Source of the DNA: Mytilus edulis
Taxonomy: Eukaryota
Direction: 5' to 3'
NCBI RefSeq assembly: GCF_963676685.1
Contig: NC_092356.1
Location: 3,658,001 to 3,722,000 of the forward strand
DNA: 64,000 nt
Positions 47,092-60,690 of the stretch are shown here, piece after piece (positions within the stretch are counted from its first letter, which is position 1; each line of letters begins with the position of its first letter). Under the pieces are notes generated by a model. It had not been told where the DNA came from, searched no databases, and worked only from the letters and a program-made list of their open reading frames with translations. A program made the position numbers and the translations under genes.

Positions 47092-48299
47092 GTATTGGGC
47101 TATTCCAGAAATAATCCATACCCCCCTATAGTCCAAATAATTATGACGTCTTAAAAGGCTATTATAATTTTTTTCTTTGACGCCTTACATCGACGACGTT
47201 AATGTAAGGCGTCAAAGAAAAAAATTATAATAGCCTTTCAACAGGTCGGGACCACTACCTTATATGGAAATGCATAAATTAGCATACTTATGTTCTCGCA
47301 CATGTAATTGTTTATTTACATGTGACGCAATTTATTTTTACCTAGGTTTTTGACCAATCCACTAAATGAGTTACAATGCATGATGGACTACTACGTGTTT
47401 ACAATCAACCAAGAACACGTGTTATTTACTGAAAACAACACATTTTTTCGTGCAATGCGGGATTCACAATTTCGCTTAGTTTTTCATTTTGTGTATCCTT
47501 ATTTATAGTTCGTGATATAAAGTATTACTTCCATGCTCAGATTAACGAAGAGTTGTTTCTATGCGAAGAAAAAAGGGTTTGAATTACCCGATATATAGCC
47601 ATTAACATCATGTTTGATGATGGCACAGAGATTTCATGTATTGTTCCACCAGAAGCAACGAAACAACTGCGAAAAAACACAATTACCCATGAGACAAACT
47701 TACTGGTGTAAAGTAAGCCGTCGATAACAGCCGGAGTACAGTAATGTTTGTATATATAGATAATTAAAGGCAAATATGGGATCCTTGAATTTTGTGTTCG
47801 TAAAAAAGGCGAAGAAATATTTACATACATGGCAGTGTTAACAAAATCTATAAGTATTTTTGTTGGTCACATTTCAGTATATGGGACTTCCAAATTGTTC
47901 CCTTTTTTTAAGGTAGTGAAGTAAGCAACTGTAGTTTCAGTTTGTTCGTTTTTTAACGGGCTCAGACATTTGACAAACTGAATAAAATCATTACAGCTGA
48001 TTTCTTAAACCTACAAAGTAAAACTTTGGTTGGCTTGCTTGCTTTGTTTGTATAGTTGTTTATACAAGCTTTGAAAATAAGATTGACATCTTTAAACAAT
48101 ATATATATATATATATATAGGCATAGTTTAACTTGTATATTTTATATTTTGTACAATATACAAACAAAGCAAGCAAGCTAACCAAAGTTTTGCTCCACAT
48201 GCATTAGGAAATAAGCTGTAATGATTTTATCCATATGTATGTGCGACAAGATGGAAAATTTGATATGTTTTGTGAAAATTGCAGCGTTGGATCTATAAT

Positions 48300-48562
48300 A
48301 AAAAAGAAGATGTGGTATGATTGCCAATGAGACAGCTGTCCACAAGAGACCAAAATGACACAGAAATAAACATTTATAGATCACCGTACGGTCTTCAACA
48401 ATGAGCAAAGCCCATACCGCATAGTAAGCTATAAAAGTCCCCGAAATGACAATGTAAAACAATTCAAACGAGAAAACTAACGTCCCTAATTATATAAAAA
48501 AAATGAACGAAAAAAAAATATGTAACACATAAACAAACGACAACCACTGAAATACAGGCTCC
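48300..48562 (-). repeat. Uninterrupted copy of the host repeat targeted by the Polinton
   Basis: Reverse complement matches 8322-8342 joined to 26285-26525, with a single GGTTGT. Confidence 0.9.
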
Positions 48563-49101
48563 TATACAATATATTTTTTTTTGATGAGATAGATTTCTTG
48601 TCCTTTTATATATTTAATTGAGCCGGTTTTTTTTTTGTTTTTTTTTTTGTTTGGATTGTTTTACACAAGTAATTTTTGGGTCATTAATAGCTTACTTTTC
48701 AGCATTGGACCTATGACTGCTTACTTTACTAAATTATGTCTTTGTTGGAAAGATGTCTCATTTAGTTTAGTTTAAACATATTTATTTATAGTGGATTGGG
48801 AAACAAGTTTTCCAACTTATATTAATCCCTTTCCACTTTGCGGGATGTCTCATTTGGCACTCATACGTCATCTTCTTATTTCTATATACAAAGCACGTTT
48901 TAGAAAAAAAAATAATAGGTAATATGGCACCCACTATGATCCAGAGACTTTTAATATTGGAGATATTTTACATATGTCAACAGGACAGCAGCCGAACGAT
49001 AAAAAACCTCTGAGGTATATTTTGTGATAAAATTAGCAACAAACGATATTATCGATGGATGAAACTATAAAAAATGTATTGAGCTAAATACCGTACCCGC
49101 T

Positions 49102-49250
49102 CAGTGGCGGATCCAGGGGGCGGGGGTTCAGGGGGATGGACCCCCTTTTTTGGACGATCAGTGCATTTGGATGGGGACATGTAGTTGGAACCCCCTCCCC
49201 TTTTGTCCAGGGTTAGGACCCCCTTTTTAAAATGGCTGGACCCGCCCCTG
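49102..49250. mobile_element. Short CAGTGGCGGATCC MITE (hAT-like), 5-bp TSD CCGCT
   Basis: Inverted ends CAGTGGCGGATCCAG / CTGGACCCGCCCCTG. Confidence 0.75.
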
Positions 49251-50858
49251 CCGCTTTCATAACACTTCTTTTTAGCATACTGAATATTATGATGTTCTTA
49301 CTATTAGTTCAGGTCCTGATAAAAAAAAAAACACATTCAGTACAGAAAGAAGTGTTTCAATAAAAGTTTCGTGTTTTTCTTGGCAGAAATGATTTTGCAA
49401 GACACTATACAGGTTTAAAAGAGCTCAAATGATTTTCTTACTGGACAGTGATCACTTCATTGTAAATTTCACTGCGTCGTGAAATTAATGCAGGTTCAAT
49501 TCATAACAATGCACAAAACCGGTTCAACTACTTTTGCAAGGCGAAAAAGAAAGTCGAATCGTGAAGCCAATAAACAATATTTTTTTAATCTGAGCATGCA
49601 AATTGAAGATTACGTTATATATTTTACATTGAATATATTTGCAGAATAAAAACTTTGGTAATGAGAGTCCCAGACAATATATTAATTGACTGTTTTCCCA
49701 CTAATTCCACGTGTTTTAAGTAGTTGTTTACTCGTAGTAGCCCACAATGCATTGTAGTTCATTGAGTCGATTGGTCAGTTTTTCAAGGCCATATTGGCCT
49801 TGTGTTTTGGAAATTACTATGCAAATATATTCTGACGTCAGAAAATCTAGAGTTCTCGACCTGTTCAAGACGTCATAATTATTTGGACTAACCCCCCTAT
49901 AGAAGGTTAAGGATTTCCAGAAAAAAATCTGTTAAAATCTCAGATTTTCAAGAAAATATTCTGTAAGTTGTCAATAATTTCCAGATTATTTCAAAAATTC
50001 TAAAAAATATTCCAGGAAAAAAATGAGAATAATACTAAAAATTCCAAGAAAATATCCTGTGGAAATAAATATTTCCAGACAAATTTAATTTCCAACAGAA
50101 AAATTCCAGATAAACAATTTTCATGAAACATATAAGTTTTAATATTGTTTTTTTTGTGTCATACATGTAGATGATTAGATCAAACTGGCATTCATTCAGT
50201 GTATGGCAGCTGTATGCTTACTTGTTTTTGTTTAAATGTCTTTGTGATCAAGTTCATCCATTTCAAATGTACAATCATTCAATGGATAATTTATCTTGGG
50301 TCTTTTTATATTGTTATGATACATTACGGTCTCTGGTAAGGGTGAAGGTTGGCTCCTGTTGTAATGTTTAAAACACTACATTTTTTTATGCACCTTTTCT
50401 AAATCAGATGCCATTGACATTGTTCAGTGGTTGTCATTTGTTGGTGTAGTAACTTGTTCATGTTTCTGGTTTCTTTTTTTTTCATATAGATTCCACAGTT
50501 GGTTTTCTGTTATTTTTGGGGCCCATTATAACTTGTTGCTTGGTGTGAGCCAAGGCTCCATGTTTTTGACCTATACCTGTTAACTTTTTATGCGCTGTGA
50601 TTTGGGTTGAGAGATGTCTCATTGGTATTCTTACCACATCTTCTTGTTTATACATGTAGGACTCTAAAGTGCGATGGTCACGCTAAAGTGCAATGGTCTA
50701 CGCTAAAGTATGACGGTGTCTCACGCTAAAGTGCAATGTTTGTTTGTTCCCTAAAGTACGATGGTACAGCACGCTAAAGCGCGATGGAACAAAAGAGAAA
50801 GATTCAAGGGCACTAATGTCAAAAACAAGTCTTTTTGCGAAATCTAGTTTGCAATGAT

Positions 50859-51047
50859 TCAACATATATACAACTTAGATTGACAACTAATACAAATAAA
50901 TTTTGGAAAATCACTTGGATCATTTTGAATATCAATGTTTAGTGAGAGTTTAATGTCTCTAGCATATTTTGATTTTTCGTATGATAGGTGGTGAGCAGTT
51001 CTCTTTTCTGTAGTTCCACATAAACGACAGTTATAGTCTGGGTCCAT
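50859..51047 (-). pseudogene. Zn-binding domain fragment (CRLCG...D...P...CxxC), probably transposon-derived
   Basis: 62-aa ORF after a minus-strand acceptor (TTTTTTTGTCAACAG); pattern resembles RAG1 N-terminal/Chapaev/zf-AD-type domains. Confidence 0.5.
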
Positions 51048-51336
51048 TTTTTACCATATCTGTTGACAAAAAAAGACTATTTTGGATTTGTTTTAAAGGG
51101 TTGAAGGGTAGAAAAAGCACATCATAAGTTGTGATTGAAAGTTGTTTGTCTTACGTCCAGTGGCATGTATTTCATTCATATTTCGGGACTGTACATATTG
51201 AAAATTGAGCCGATTTAATCAAGATTTAAAAAAAGACAATTTTATTATAGAGCAATTATAAGACTTACAAATGTACTCCAAATCCAGGGCTGGTTTAACA
51301 CCATGTTAAATAAGGCTTTACGTATATTATTATATA

Positions 51337-51484
51337 CAGTGGCGGATCCAGAGGGGGGTTCCGGGGGTGCGCACCCCCCTTTATTTTGGCAGATCAATGC
51401 ATTTGAATCGGGACATATGTTTTGCACCCCCCCTTTGCCCTGGGCTAGCACCCCCCCTTTCGAAAATTCCTGCATCCGCCACTG
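51337..51484. mobile_element. Short CAGTGGCGGATCC MITE (hAT-like), 5-bp TSD ATATA
   Basis: TIR CAGTGGCGGAT / ATCCGCCACTG. Confidence 0.78.
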
Positions 51485-53326
51485 ATATATGAAATATCCT
51501 GACTGCCAAATATACATCACTGATTTCTGATTTCATGGACATAAATATGTTAAGTGCACTGTAAAACAGTTTCAGTTTACGTTTTTGAAATAGACATTAA
51601 ACCTTGTTTTTTAAGTGCATATATAAAGTATAAGATTTACAGTAGAAGTTGATAACTTTAAGATTTGTCCTTGTGAGAAAACAATACTCGGGTCATAAAG
51701 ACTTTTTTTAAATCTTGGCTAGTATATATATTGGCATAGTCATACATGTTCAAATGATAAAATACTGACCATGGCTTTATATGATCGGAAAGGTCTTTCA
51801 ATTGCGGGTAGACAAGAAGTTTTTATATTCACAATTAAAAAGATATTAACCAACATTATATAAATAGCTACACAACGAAGTGAGATCTCTGTTTTCTTCT
51901 TCTGTATTTTGTTGATGTTGGTACTTGTTCGATTAATTTTCGTATTTTAAACTGGAAATTTCTACTTTCCAGGGTTATCCAGTACCTTAACTATATAGAC
52001 TACTCGAAACTTCACAGTAATTATTTTTATCAAATATATTTATTTTTAACCGGCGGTAACCGGAACACACCTTAATTACGATTTAAACTTAACCCACAAA
52101 CTAATGAAATATTGTCACTCACCACTTCAAAACGTTGTAGTATTCAAAGTTCTCGTCCGATTTTCTTGTTTTGTACATCAGTCGATTTGTTTTGAAAAAT
52201 TGAATAATTCTGAAAGACCACAGACGAGATTGAAATAAACAAAGGGGTTTTCCGACAGGTATTAGAGATAACCTTTCGCAATAAAAACCATGTGATGATA
52301 AGAAGTATGTCTGGTCAATTTAGGACGGCGGCATCGCACATGGTCACAAAGGGCTATTAACGATAACATACTAATTAGTCAGTTTCCATATCTTTTCTAC
52401 AGAGCTCCCCGGGTTATAAATAAGTGCTAACAAATCGTTGTAGTTCCTGTCAATATAATACTTCCATGGTTCAACATAAATAGATTGTTATATTGGTTAT
52501 CAAAATCAGCTAGTGGCAAAATCTTCTGAGTTTTGAATTTTATAAGCTCCAGACATCCCCCCTTTTTTTTGTAAAACAAAATTTTTGTTTAGTATGTATG
52601 TTATCTTTATATTTATATTATAAAATCTTCAATATAAATTTGAATAAGAAATGACTGATTTTCTACAAAAAAAAATTGTATACTGGAATGAAATTTGAGA
52701 AGTTATCAAAGGAGTAGGTTCAGTAAGACCCCTTTTTGGCTCCAAAATTAAGCAGCTTTGCAAAATTGAGCAAATGTAATCTTTTAGCTATTTTTTGGAA
52801 AGTAGAATGCTTCTGCTACATAAATATGTGCTGTTTTTGACAATACAATGTACATATATCGTGTACTAGCATCATAAAGTCATGCTAAATTACTGAAATC
52901 TTCACAATTATAGCATTTTAGTTAAATTTTAGACAGTTTCCGTCTAAAGCTTAGATAATGCAGCCTCTAATGAAGAGAAGTTATGTATACAGCATTACGG
53001 GTAACGAGGGTAAAGGGGCGAGTTTCTTCATATTTTGGCTTGGTAAATATGAATGTCATGTGAATATTCTGAGACATTTATTCAGGAGATTAAATATTTT
53101 CTTTGGTAATATCTTCTGACATCAGACTCGGACTTCTCTTGAACTGAATTTTAAATGTGCGTATTGTAAAGTGGCCGCATTCGTGTTCATTCATAATATT
53201 AAAATGTAAGTTGTATTTGATGATAATACATAACATATATAAAGGTTGAGGATGAACACGGATGCGGCCACTTTCATTTTTGACGAAAACCATCTTAAAA
53301 GTGACGTTTTTTGGCATATTTGTTAG

Positions 53327-55561
53327 ATTTTTAACCGGATTTTTGTGACAAAAATGTCGGTTATTGATTTGGAGATGTACGGCGGGCGGGCGGGCGGGCG
53401 GGCGGCAATCAAATGTTGTCCGTGCATTAACTCATGAACCGTTCAATCAAAGCTTTTAAAATTTTAATATGTTGTTACTGACAACTAAATGAAGGTCAAG
53501 TTCAATAATGGCGATTTTGACTTTTACTGTTCAGGAGTTATGGTTCTTGAAAGATTGAAAAATGAAGTTTCCAGTCGTGTCCGTGCATTTACGCATGAAC
53601 TGTTCTACTAAAGCTTCCCAAATTTTAACATGTTGTTACTGATGACAAAATGGAGGTCATGTTTAATAATGACGATTTTGACTTTTACCGTTCAGGAGTT
53701 ATGGTTCTTAAAAGATTGAAAAATGGAGTTTCCAGTTGTGTCCGTGCATTTACGCATGAACTGTTCTACCAAAGTTTCCCAAATTTTAATATGTTGTTAC
53801 TTATGACAAAATAGAGGTCATGTTCAATAATGGCGATTTTGACTTTTACTGTTCAGGAGTTATGGTTCTTGAAAGATTGAAAAATGGTGTTTCCAGTCGT
53901 GTCCATGCATTTTCTCATGAACCATTCAACCAAAGCTTTTGAAATTTTTATATGTTGTTACTGATGACAAAATGGAGGTCAAGTTTAATAATAAGGATTT
54001 TGACTTTTACCGTTCAGGAGTTATGGTTCTTGAAAGATTGAAAAATGGAGTTTCCAGTCGTGTCCCTGCATTTACGCATGAACTGTTCTACCAAAGCTTC
54101 CCAAATTTTAATATGTTGTTACTGATGACAAAATAGAGGTCAAGTTCAATAAAGACGATTTTGACTTTTACCGTTCAGGAGTTATGGTTCTTGAAAGATT
54201 GAAAAATGGTGTTTCCATTTATGTATTACTGAAAAATTATTACACCAGGGTTTTCGATATCACAAACTGGTCAAAACATTTACTAAATTTTATCACCGGT
54301 ATAAGGAAATAATTCGTAAATATAACTCAACATGCAGACATCTTATACGTTCAGGTATTTCACATCCAAAATTTTATGGAAATATTCTTTATAAAGCACA
54401 AAAATGTCAGTATTCTCCTCAGAAACTAACAAAACCTTTAAATAGACTTATTAAAAGGGGATATAGTTACGATACTGTTGTCAGGTCATTAAAGATTGCA
54501 TATTTTGGCTTTAACATTGATTCACTGATAGGGTCTTTGCATCGGAACTAAACACATTTATTTCTAAAAAAACAGTTGTTGGCATGACACGGGTTATGTT
54601 CTTCTCATATTTTTTATGATAGTATGATACTAAACCCCTAACGGGAGGGATTGTACCTGATATTCATATGATGAAGACATAATCTTTCAATCAGTTTAAT
54701 TGAGGTCTGGAGCTGGCATGTCAGTTAACTGCTAGTAGTCTGTTGTTATTTATGTATTATTGTCATTTTATTTATTTTCTTTTGTTACATCTTTTGACAT
54801 CAGACTCGGACTTCTCTTGAACTGAATTTTAATGTGCGTATTGTTATTGTTTTACTTTTCTACATTGGCTAGAGGTATAGGGGGAGGGTTGAGATCTCAT
54901 AAACATGTTTAACCCCGCCGCATTTTTGCGCCTGTCCCAAGTCAGGAGCCTCTGGCCTTTGTTAGTCTTGTATGATTTTAAATTTTAGTTTCTTGTGTAT
55001 AATTCGGAGTTTAGTATGACGTCCATTATCACTGTACTATTATGCATATTTTAGGGGCCAGCTGAAGGACACCTACGGGTGCGGGAATTCTCGCTACATT
55101 GAAGACCCATTGGTTGCCTTCGGCTGTTGTTTGCTCTGTGGTCGGGTGGTTGTCGCTTTGACATATTCACCATTTCCTTTCTCAATTTTATTTCCAGTCG
55201 TGTCCGTGCATTTTCTCATGAACCATTCAACCAAAGCTTTTGAAATTTTTATATGTTGTTACTGATGGCAAAATAGAGGTCAAGTTCAGTAATGATGATT
55301 TTGACTTTTACCGTTCAGGAGTTATGGTTCTTGAAAGATTGTAAAATGGCGTTTCCATTCACGTTGTTGCATTTACTCATGAACCATTCAATCTAAGCTT
55401 TTCAAATTTTTATATGTTGATACTGATGACAAAATGGAGGTCAAATTTGATGTTGACAATTTTCACTTTCACCATTCATCAGTAATGGTTCTTGTGATAT
55501 TGCCAGGACACAAATAAATATTAATAAATCCGGTTTGCTGTCGTTGTGACAGCCTCTTGTT
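53327..55561 (+). mobile_element. Helentron/HINE-like element with ~160-bp tandem array
   Basis: TTTTTAACCGGATTT start, (GGCG)n, about 6-7 copies of TGTTGTTACTGATGACAAAA...TTCAGGAGTTATGGTTCTTGAAAG, AAATCCGGTT plus hairpin end. Confidence 0.75.
54219..55190 (+). mobile_element. 5'-truncated Penelope-like retroelement fragment (RT C-terminus and 3' region)
   Basis: Start-less open frame 54222-54551: CITEKLLHQGFRYHKLVKTFTKFYHRYKEII...GISHPKFYGNILYK...LNRLIKRGYSYD; interrupts the 160-bp array. Confidence 0.7.
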
Positions 55562-58500
55562 CATATTTAAGCTTCAATCGGAGCGTTTTTAATGACTGAT
55601 CAGTTAAAATCTTTTACATAAACTAATCGAATCAATTGAAATATACACTTAAGTGTTTAAAAAGTGTCCTAAATATCTCGTTAGATGAAACTGAAATTTG
55701 GGGCCAAAATCGGCCCTTACCGGACCTACTCCTTTAATGTTCTCATACCACAGTCACAATTTGAAAATGTTTTCTCCAAATACAAATGGTTTTTAAAAAA
55801 ATTATAAATTAGTTCACAATACATTACAAAATAAATGTGTCTCTAATCTCATATAATTTCCTGTACATGCAGTTTTACAATTTTCTATTTGTCGCCTGCA
55901 ACTAAAGTGGCCAAATCTAGACATCTAACAATCCTTCTTTGGGGAACGATTTATATAATTTCTCATTGTTTTCAAATTCCTGTATTTCTTTACATGTTAT
56001 AATTTCCTAAAACATCATGAAATTAAAGAAAATTACAAAACTTTTAAACAATTGTTAAACTCTAAATTTGTATAATATGAATGACATTTGATTTTTTAAA
56101 TGTATACATGTTTAACATTTTTAAAGTTAAGATAAGTTATGGAACTGAAAGATGATACATTATGTATATATATTCAAAACATATTCATATAATAGATGTA
56201 ATCATATTAATCCACTTAGACAAATAGAGTCAATGTATTATAATGATTGATAAATAAACGGAAAAAATAACAATTTAAATAATAAAAAAATAAACTTTTC
56301 TAATTTTAAAACTGAGACTAAATATTTATTTTTGCAGAGCAAGGGATTATGGATACATAGTTCCTAGTATTTATCTCCTTTGTCTTATAACATGTGGTTC
56401 AAGTAATTGCATGTAGTATATTATGATATAATTAAAGTCCACAGAAATGGCCATGTGTTCACAGTGGGACTTCTTTAAAGCTTTTTAATTACTGATTGTT
56501 TGTCAACTAGATGGCTAGATAAAATAATCTTCAACCTCAACAACTATGAAAAGCAGTAGGTCCTGGTGTGTGGTTTCTCACAAATTTCAATACAAACATA
56601 CTTGTAGAGAACATAAATCATTGTAAATAAAACCCTATAAATCCAGATAGTGAACTATGATTTTGTTTTTATTTTAAAACCATTAAAACACTGACTTGTA
56701 AATAGTTGTAAAAATCTTGATTTGTTATCAACATCCAGTATTTTTACTTAGTCATTTCTTTTGATTCTTCATTTCTTAGTATGGATGTTTTGCATTTTTT
56801 ATCATAAACCTTATAGCTGCATTAAAATATGACTCCTTCACAATAAAAAACAAACTTGAAACAAAAAGATAACTATGGGTCTATAATCAAGTTTGATTAC
56901 AAAATCAAAAGTTAAATATAATTAGTGGAATTTGGATGTTAGAACCATTTGTTATGTTTATAAAGGTTTTTTTTTTATCATTTTTGTCATGAATAAATTA
57001 TAATATACACAGTATTCATATCAATTTAATTTCACTTAGTTCTAGAAATGCAAGTTTCAAAATATTTTTTTTAATCACAGGCATTTATTTTCTGAGAATT
57101 TTTTCCCTTATGCCATGACCATAACCATGATAACACATGTTTTATGAAAATGCAAAAAAGCAAACAAGTTCTATAATACCAATATACTGATATACATGCA
57201 TGTACATGTAACTTCCATGGTAAAAGAAAAGAGGGGGAAATATTATTATCTCAATCTCCAATTAGAAGTTGTGAATTGTCCCAATAAGATTACAAATGTA
57301 ATAGTAAACATGTCATGTGGTGTTGAAAGTATGCATTTCTTTTGAAGTATTATCACTATCAATATCTACATGAATATCATATCCCCTCAATGTTATGTTA
57401 GAAGCTGAGGTACATGAACAAATGTACATTTTTTTATTTTTTTTTAGGTCCTATTGCAAACAATTTCAAATTTACAACTCTCAGACTTAATAGATATAGG
57501 AAGATGTGGTGTGAGTGCCAATGAGACAACTCTCCATACAAATAACAATTTAAAAAGTAAACCATTATAGGTTAAAGTACGGCCTTAAGTTCAGTACTGA
57601 CAACTCTGGCTTACAACATGTATGGACACACTTTATACATGTAGTATTAAAATAATAAAATGTGGTATCATTTCCAAATTGCCAATAAGACTACTCTCCA
57701 ATAGTTAAGATAATCATGCCATCTGCTGTGGGTATTTTTCAATTTTCACATCTTTTGATCCACTGGAAGGCGTCAAAGCAAAAGCTTAAAATAGCTTTCC
57801 TAGACATCATAATTATTTGTACTAACTCCCCACCAGAGATCAAAAGATACAAAATTAACCACTTAAGAATATCGTACAGCCTTCAACAACGAGCAAAAAC
57901 CTATTAAACCACTTTAAATTTCTGGTACATTGTTTGTAAAGATACATAGGGCTTTAGAATTACCTAATGAACTACAGATATACATACAAGCACAAATTTA
58001 TCTTAAGTTTACTGAAAGCGACTAGAATCCAGATTTTCCATGGAATTTTTAAACTTTTATTGTTGCCTTCTATAGGATGCTCTGGATTTCCAGAAATTTT
58101 CTAATAACAACAGCATAATTTTCCATGGAATATTTTAATTTATCTTTTTGCCTTCTATAGGACCGACATGGAATTCCAGATTTTTTTCTGAACCACATCC
58201 CAAATTTTCCATGGATTTTTTTCTGAACCCCATATACCTTCTATAGGGGGGGTATGGATTATTTCTGGAATAGCCCATTCACTACATGTATCTGTAGCAT
58301 TAACATCCTGACACAAATATGTGTGCAATACGCATTGCTGAAATGTGACGTTTTTCTCCTCAAAAGATGATATTGTTGTAACAAATCTGTGTTTATTTTT
58401 TTTATAGTTTATGAGCATGGCACCTACATCCCCATTTATCTTGTTTGAAGAAAAATTGATGGAAGTCATCAAAAAAACACCAAAGACATCACCCCTGGAG

Positions 58501-59583
58501 ATATATATTTTAAAAATATATCTGGAAATGAAAACAGAAACTGACATTGTTCAGGTTTGTACTATAGTCATGATAGTAGGATATAGACTGTCTGATGGAC
58601 ATGCATGACAATTTTTTATACCCTGTAAGAATATAAGATGGTCCCAAATGTTTGTTTGTAGACTGTTAACATCATGTAAAAACTTGAAGGCATTATTTGA
58701 CGTTTTTATACCCCATCAAATGAAGTTTGTGTGGGTATATAGGAATCACCTCTGTCTGTCTGTCTGTCTGTCCATCCGTCCTGCTCATTGTCCTGAGCAG
58801 AACTTTTGTACCTTAGTACCTACATTGTAGGATTATCAAACTTGGTATGTGGATGAATCATATACGGGAGGTGGATGTGTCACGAATGAAATTATGTCAC
58901 AATGACCTTGACTTTGATCTTCATGATAGCAAAACGAAGATGATGTGTCACGTACCAAATTTAGGTCAATGTGACCCTTGACCTTCATGATAGTAAAATG
59001 TCATCCACTTTTTTCTTTATAATTTTTAAAGCTTTTCTTCTTCATGTTCTTCATGTCATAGCTTTTGTACTGTAGAGCCTAGGTGGTTGTATCATTGGCA
59101 TAGCTTTTGTACTGTAGAGCCTAGGTGGTTGTATCATTGGAAGATGAACTTCTTGCGATATCAGATGTAAGTCTCATGACTTATAGGGTTAGGCAAGTGA
59201 GAGGGAAAAAGGGGTGGGGTATAGAGTTGTGCTCATAGTTTCAAGTTAGATTTAATATGGAACAAGAATTTCATTGCAGACTCAATACACATGATACATT
59301 TACAAGTTTAACTTCATACCCTTGGGAAGGAGATTTGAAAGAATTTTGACACGCATCTTCATCAGTGATATCTCACCCATTATTTCATGATGTTATTATT
59401 ATACAATTTTATTTCTATCTATTATTCAATTTTCCGTATTTAGCGCCAAAGTTCGGGAGCGGAGTATCACTAATAAGCATCAGTTCACACAGATTTCTTG
59501 TTTTGCTCTTGCATACATATATTATTATTTAGTGTACAGTTTTGTAACTGCTGAATATTGATTTTCATGTGTGTTATCTTTAG

Positions 59584-59727
59584 AGTAGGAACCAAGTATG
59601 ACAGTCCCCCTCTAGATGAGAAGGACAGTTGTGGACAGAATTCAAGGAAAAGGAAAGAAAAGAATAGACTTTACACCTGGATAAAAAATTTCATAACAAG
59701 AAAGACGTGTGCACCTGTGGAATCTTG
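59584..59727 (+). CDS. Possible host exon
   Basis: TTATCTTTAG acceptor, GTGAGT donor, open frame VGTKYDSPPLDEKDSCGQNSRKRKEKNRLYTWIKNF; phase compatible with the 29164-29615 exon. Confidence 0.35.
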
Positions 59728-59766
59728 TGAGTTTATGATGTTTATCATGTTTATATGCACATTGAT

Positions 59767-59926
59767 TTAAGAATTGAATGCATATTTTTTGTACTTAATC
59801 GGCGTGTAAAAGCGTTGACCGAAGCACATTTTATATAAAGCGTGGAAGCCCTTCATACAAAAAATGTGTGCACGTTCAACGCTTTTACACGCCCATAAAA
59901 TGCAAAAAATCTGCATTCAATTCTTA
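59767..59926. mobile_element. Palindromic mini-element
   Basis: TTAAGAATTGAATGC...GGCGTGTAAAAGCGTTGA mirrored by TCAACGCTTTTACACGCC...GCATTCAATTCTTAA. Confidence 0.75.
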
Positions 59927-59949
59927 AAATTACATTTTCAGTCAAAAAA

Positions 59950-60550
59950 AAACCAAAATCACATCAAAGTTCAAGGCAATATTTTTTCTGCGCCAGTCGA
60001 GTGTTTCGTCTATAAAAGACTCATTAGTGACACTCTTATCTAAAACTATGCAAATCCAAATCACTATGAAGTTGAAGAGATTATAAACCCAAAATATACC
60101 GAAACAGGGAACCAAAATAAGACCAAGGAAATCCTATGCCTTGAAGTAGAAAAACTTTATTGTTTTAAACAATTTCAAAATTTATAACAGCACATTTAGT
60201 TTGATGAATCACGTCAGCACCGAAGTGTTGACTAGCGGAGCGGGTTAACCTCTAGGAAGAATACCTCCACCAGCAGTGAAAACCATCATGGTGTTAAAAA
60301 AAAAAATCACATCAAAGTTCAAGGCAAGATTTTTTCTGCGCCAGACGCGCGTTTCGTCTATAAAAGACTCATCAGTGACGCTCTTACATGTATCTAAAAC
60401 TATGCAAATCCAAAATCACTATAAAGTTGAAGAGCTTATAAACCCAAAATATACCGAAACAGGGCACCAAAATAAGACCAAGGAAATCCTATGCCTTGAA
60501 GTAGAAAAACCTTAGTGTTTTAAACAATTTCAAAATGTATAACAGCAAAT
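59950..60550 (-). mobile_element. Non-LTR retrozyme-like tandem repeat (~348-bp unit, ~1.7 copies)
   Basis: Direct repeat 59955 vs 60303; each unit carries a hammerhead motif on the minus strand. Confidence 0.75.
60339..60380 (-). ncRNA. Minimal type I hammerhead ribozyme
   Basis: Minus strand reads CGTCA-CTGATGA-GTCTTTTATAGAC-GAAA-CGCGCG-TC-TGGCG: intact core, stem II, palindromic stem III, GUC cleavage triplet and stem I. Confidence 0.85.
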
Positions 60551-60690
60551 TATGAATTTCCAACATAGTGTATTTTAACAGATTTGAGCTAGGACTTACA
60601 TTTTCTGAGCTATAAGGGGCTAAAAGGGGTTAAAAAAGACTTCTCTTTTTTGTTCGTCAAATTTTTATTTTTCATCTTATTTTGGTTTTG

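Larger units (their letters stand above)
47129..49890. mobile_element. Non-autonomous TIR element with TAG...CTA ends and 9-bp TSD (AcademH-like)
   Basis: TIR TAGTCCAAATAATTATGACGTCTT; TSD ACCCCCCTA at 47120-47128 and 49891-49899. Confidence 0.8.
52710..55733. mobile_element. Kolobok-like non-autonomous element with nested insertions
   Basis: AGGAGTAGGTTCAGTAAG / CTTACCGGACCTACTCCT ends; TCAA on the left, TTAA on the right. Confidence 0.7.
47097..58276. mobile_element. Large decayed TIR transposon (~11.2 kb including nested insertions)
   Basis: TIR GGGCTATTCCAGAAATAATCCATACCCCCCTATAGAAGG (left copy split by the 47129-49890 insertion) with its reverse complement at 58237-58276; ATT on both flanks. 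Confidence 0.7.

Noticed and set aside
58408-58554. Possible phase-0 host exon
   Set aside because: Splice-like ends, but no recognisable product and phase not compatible with the neighbouring candidate exons; insufficient support.
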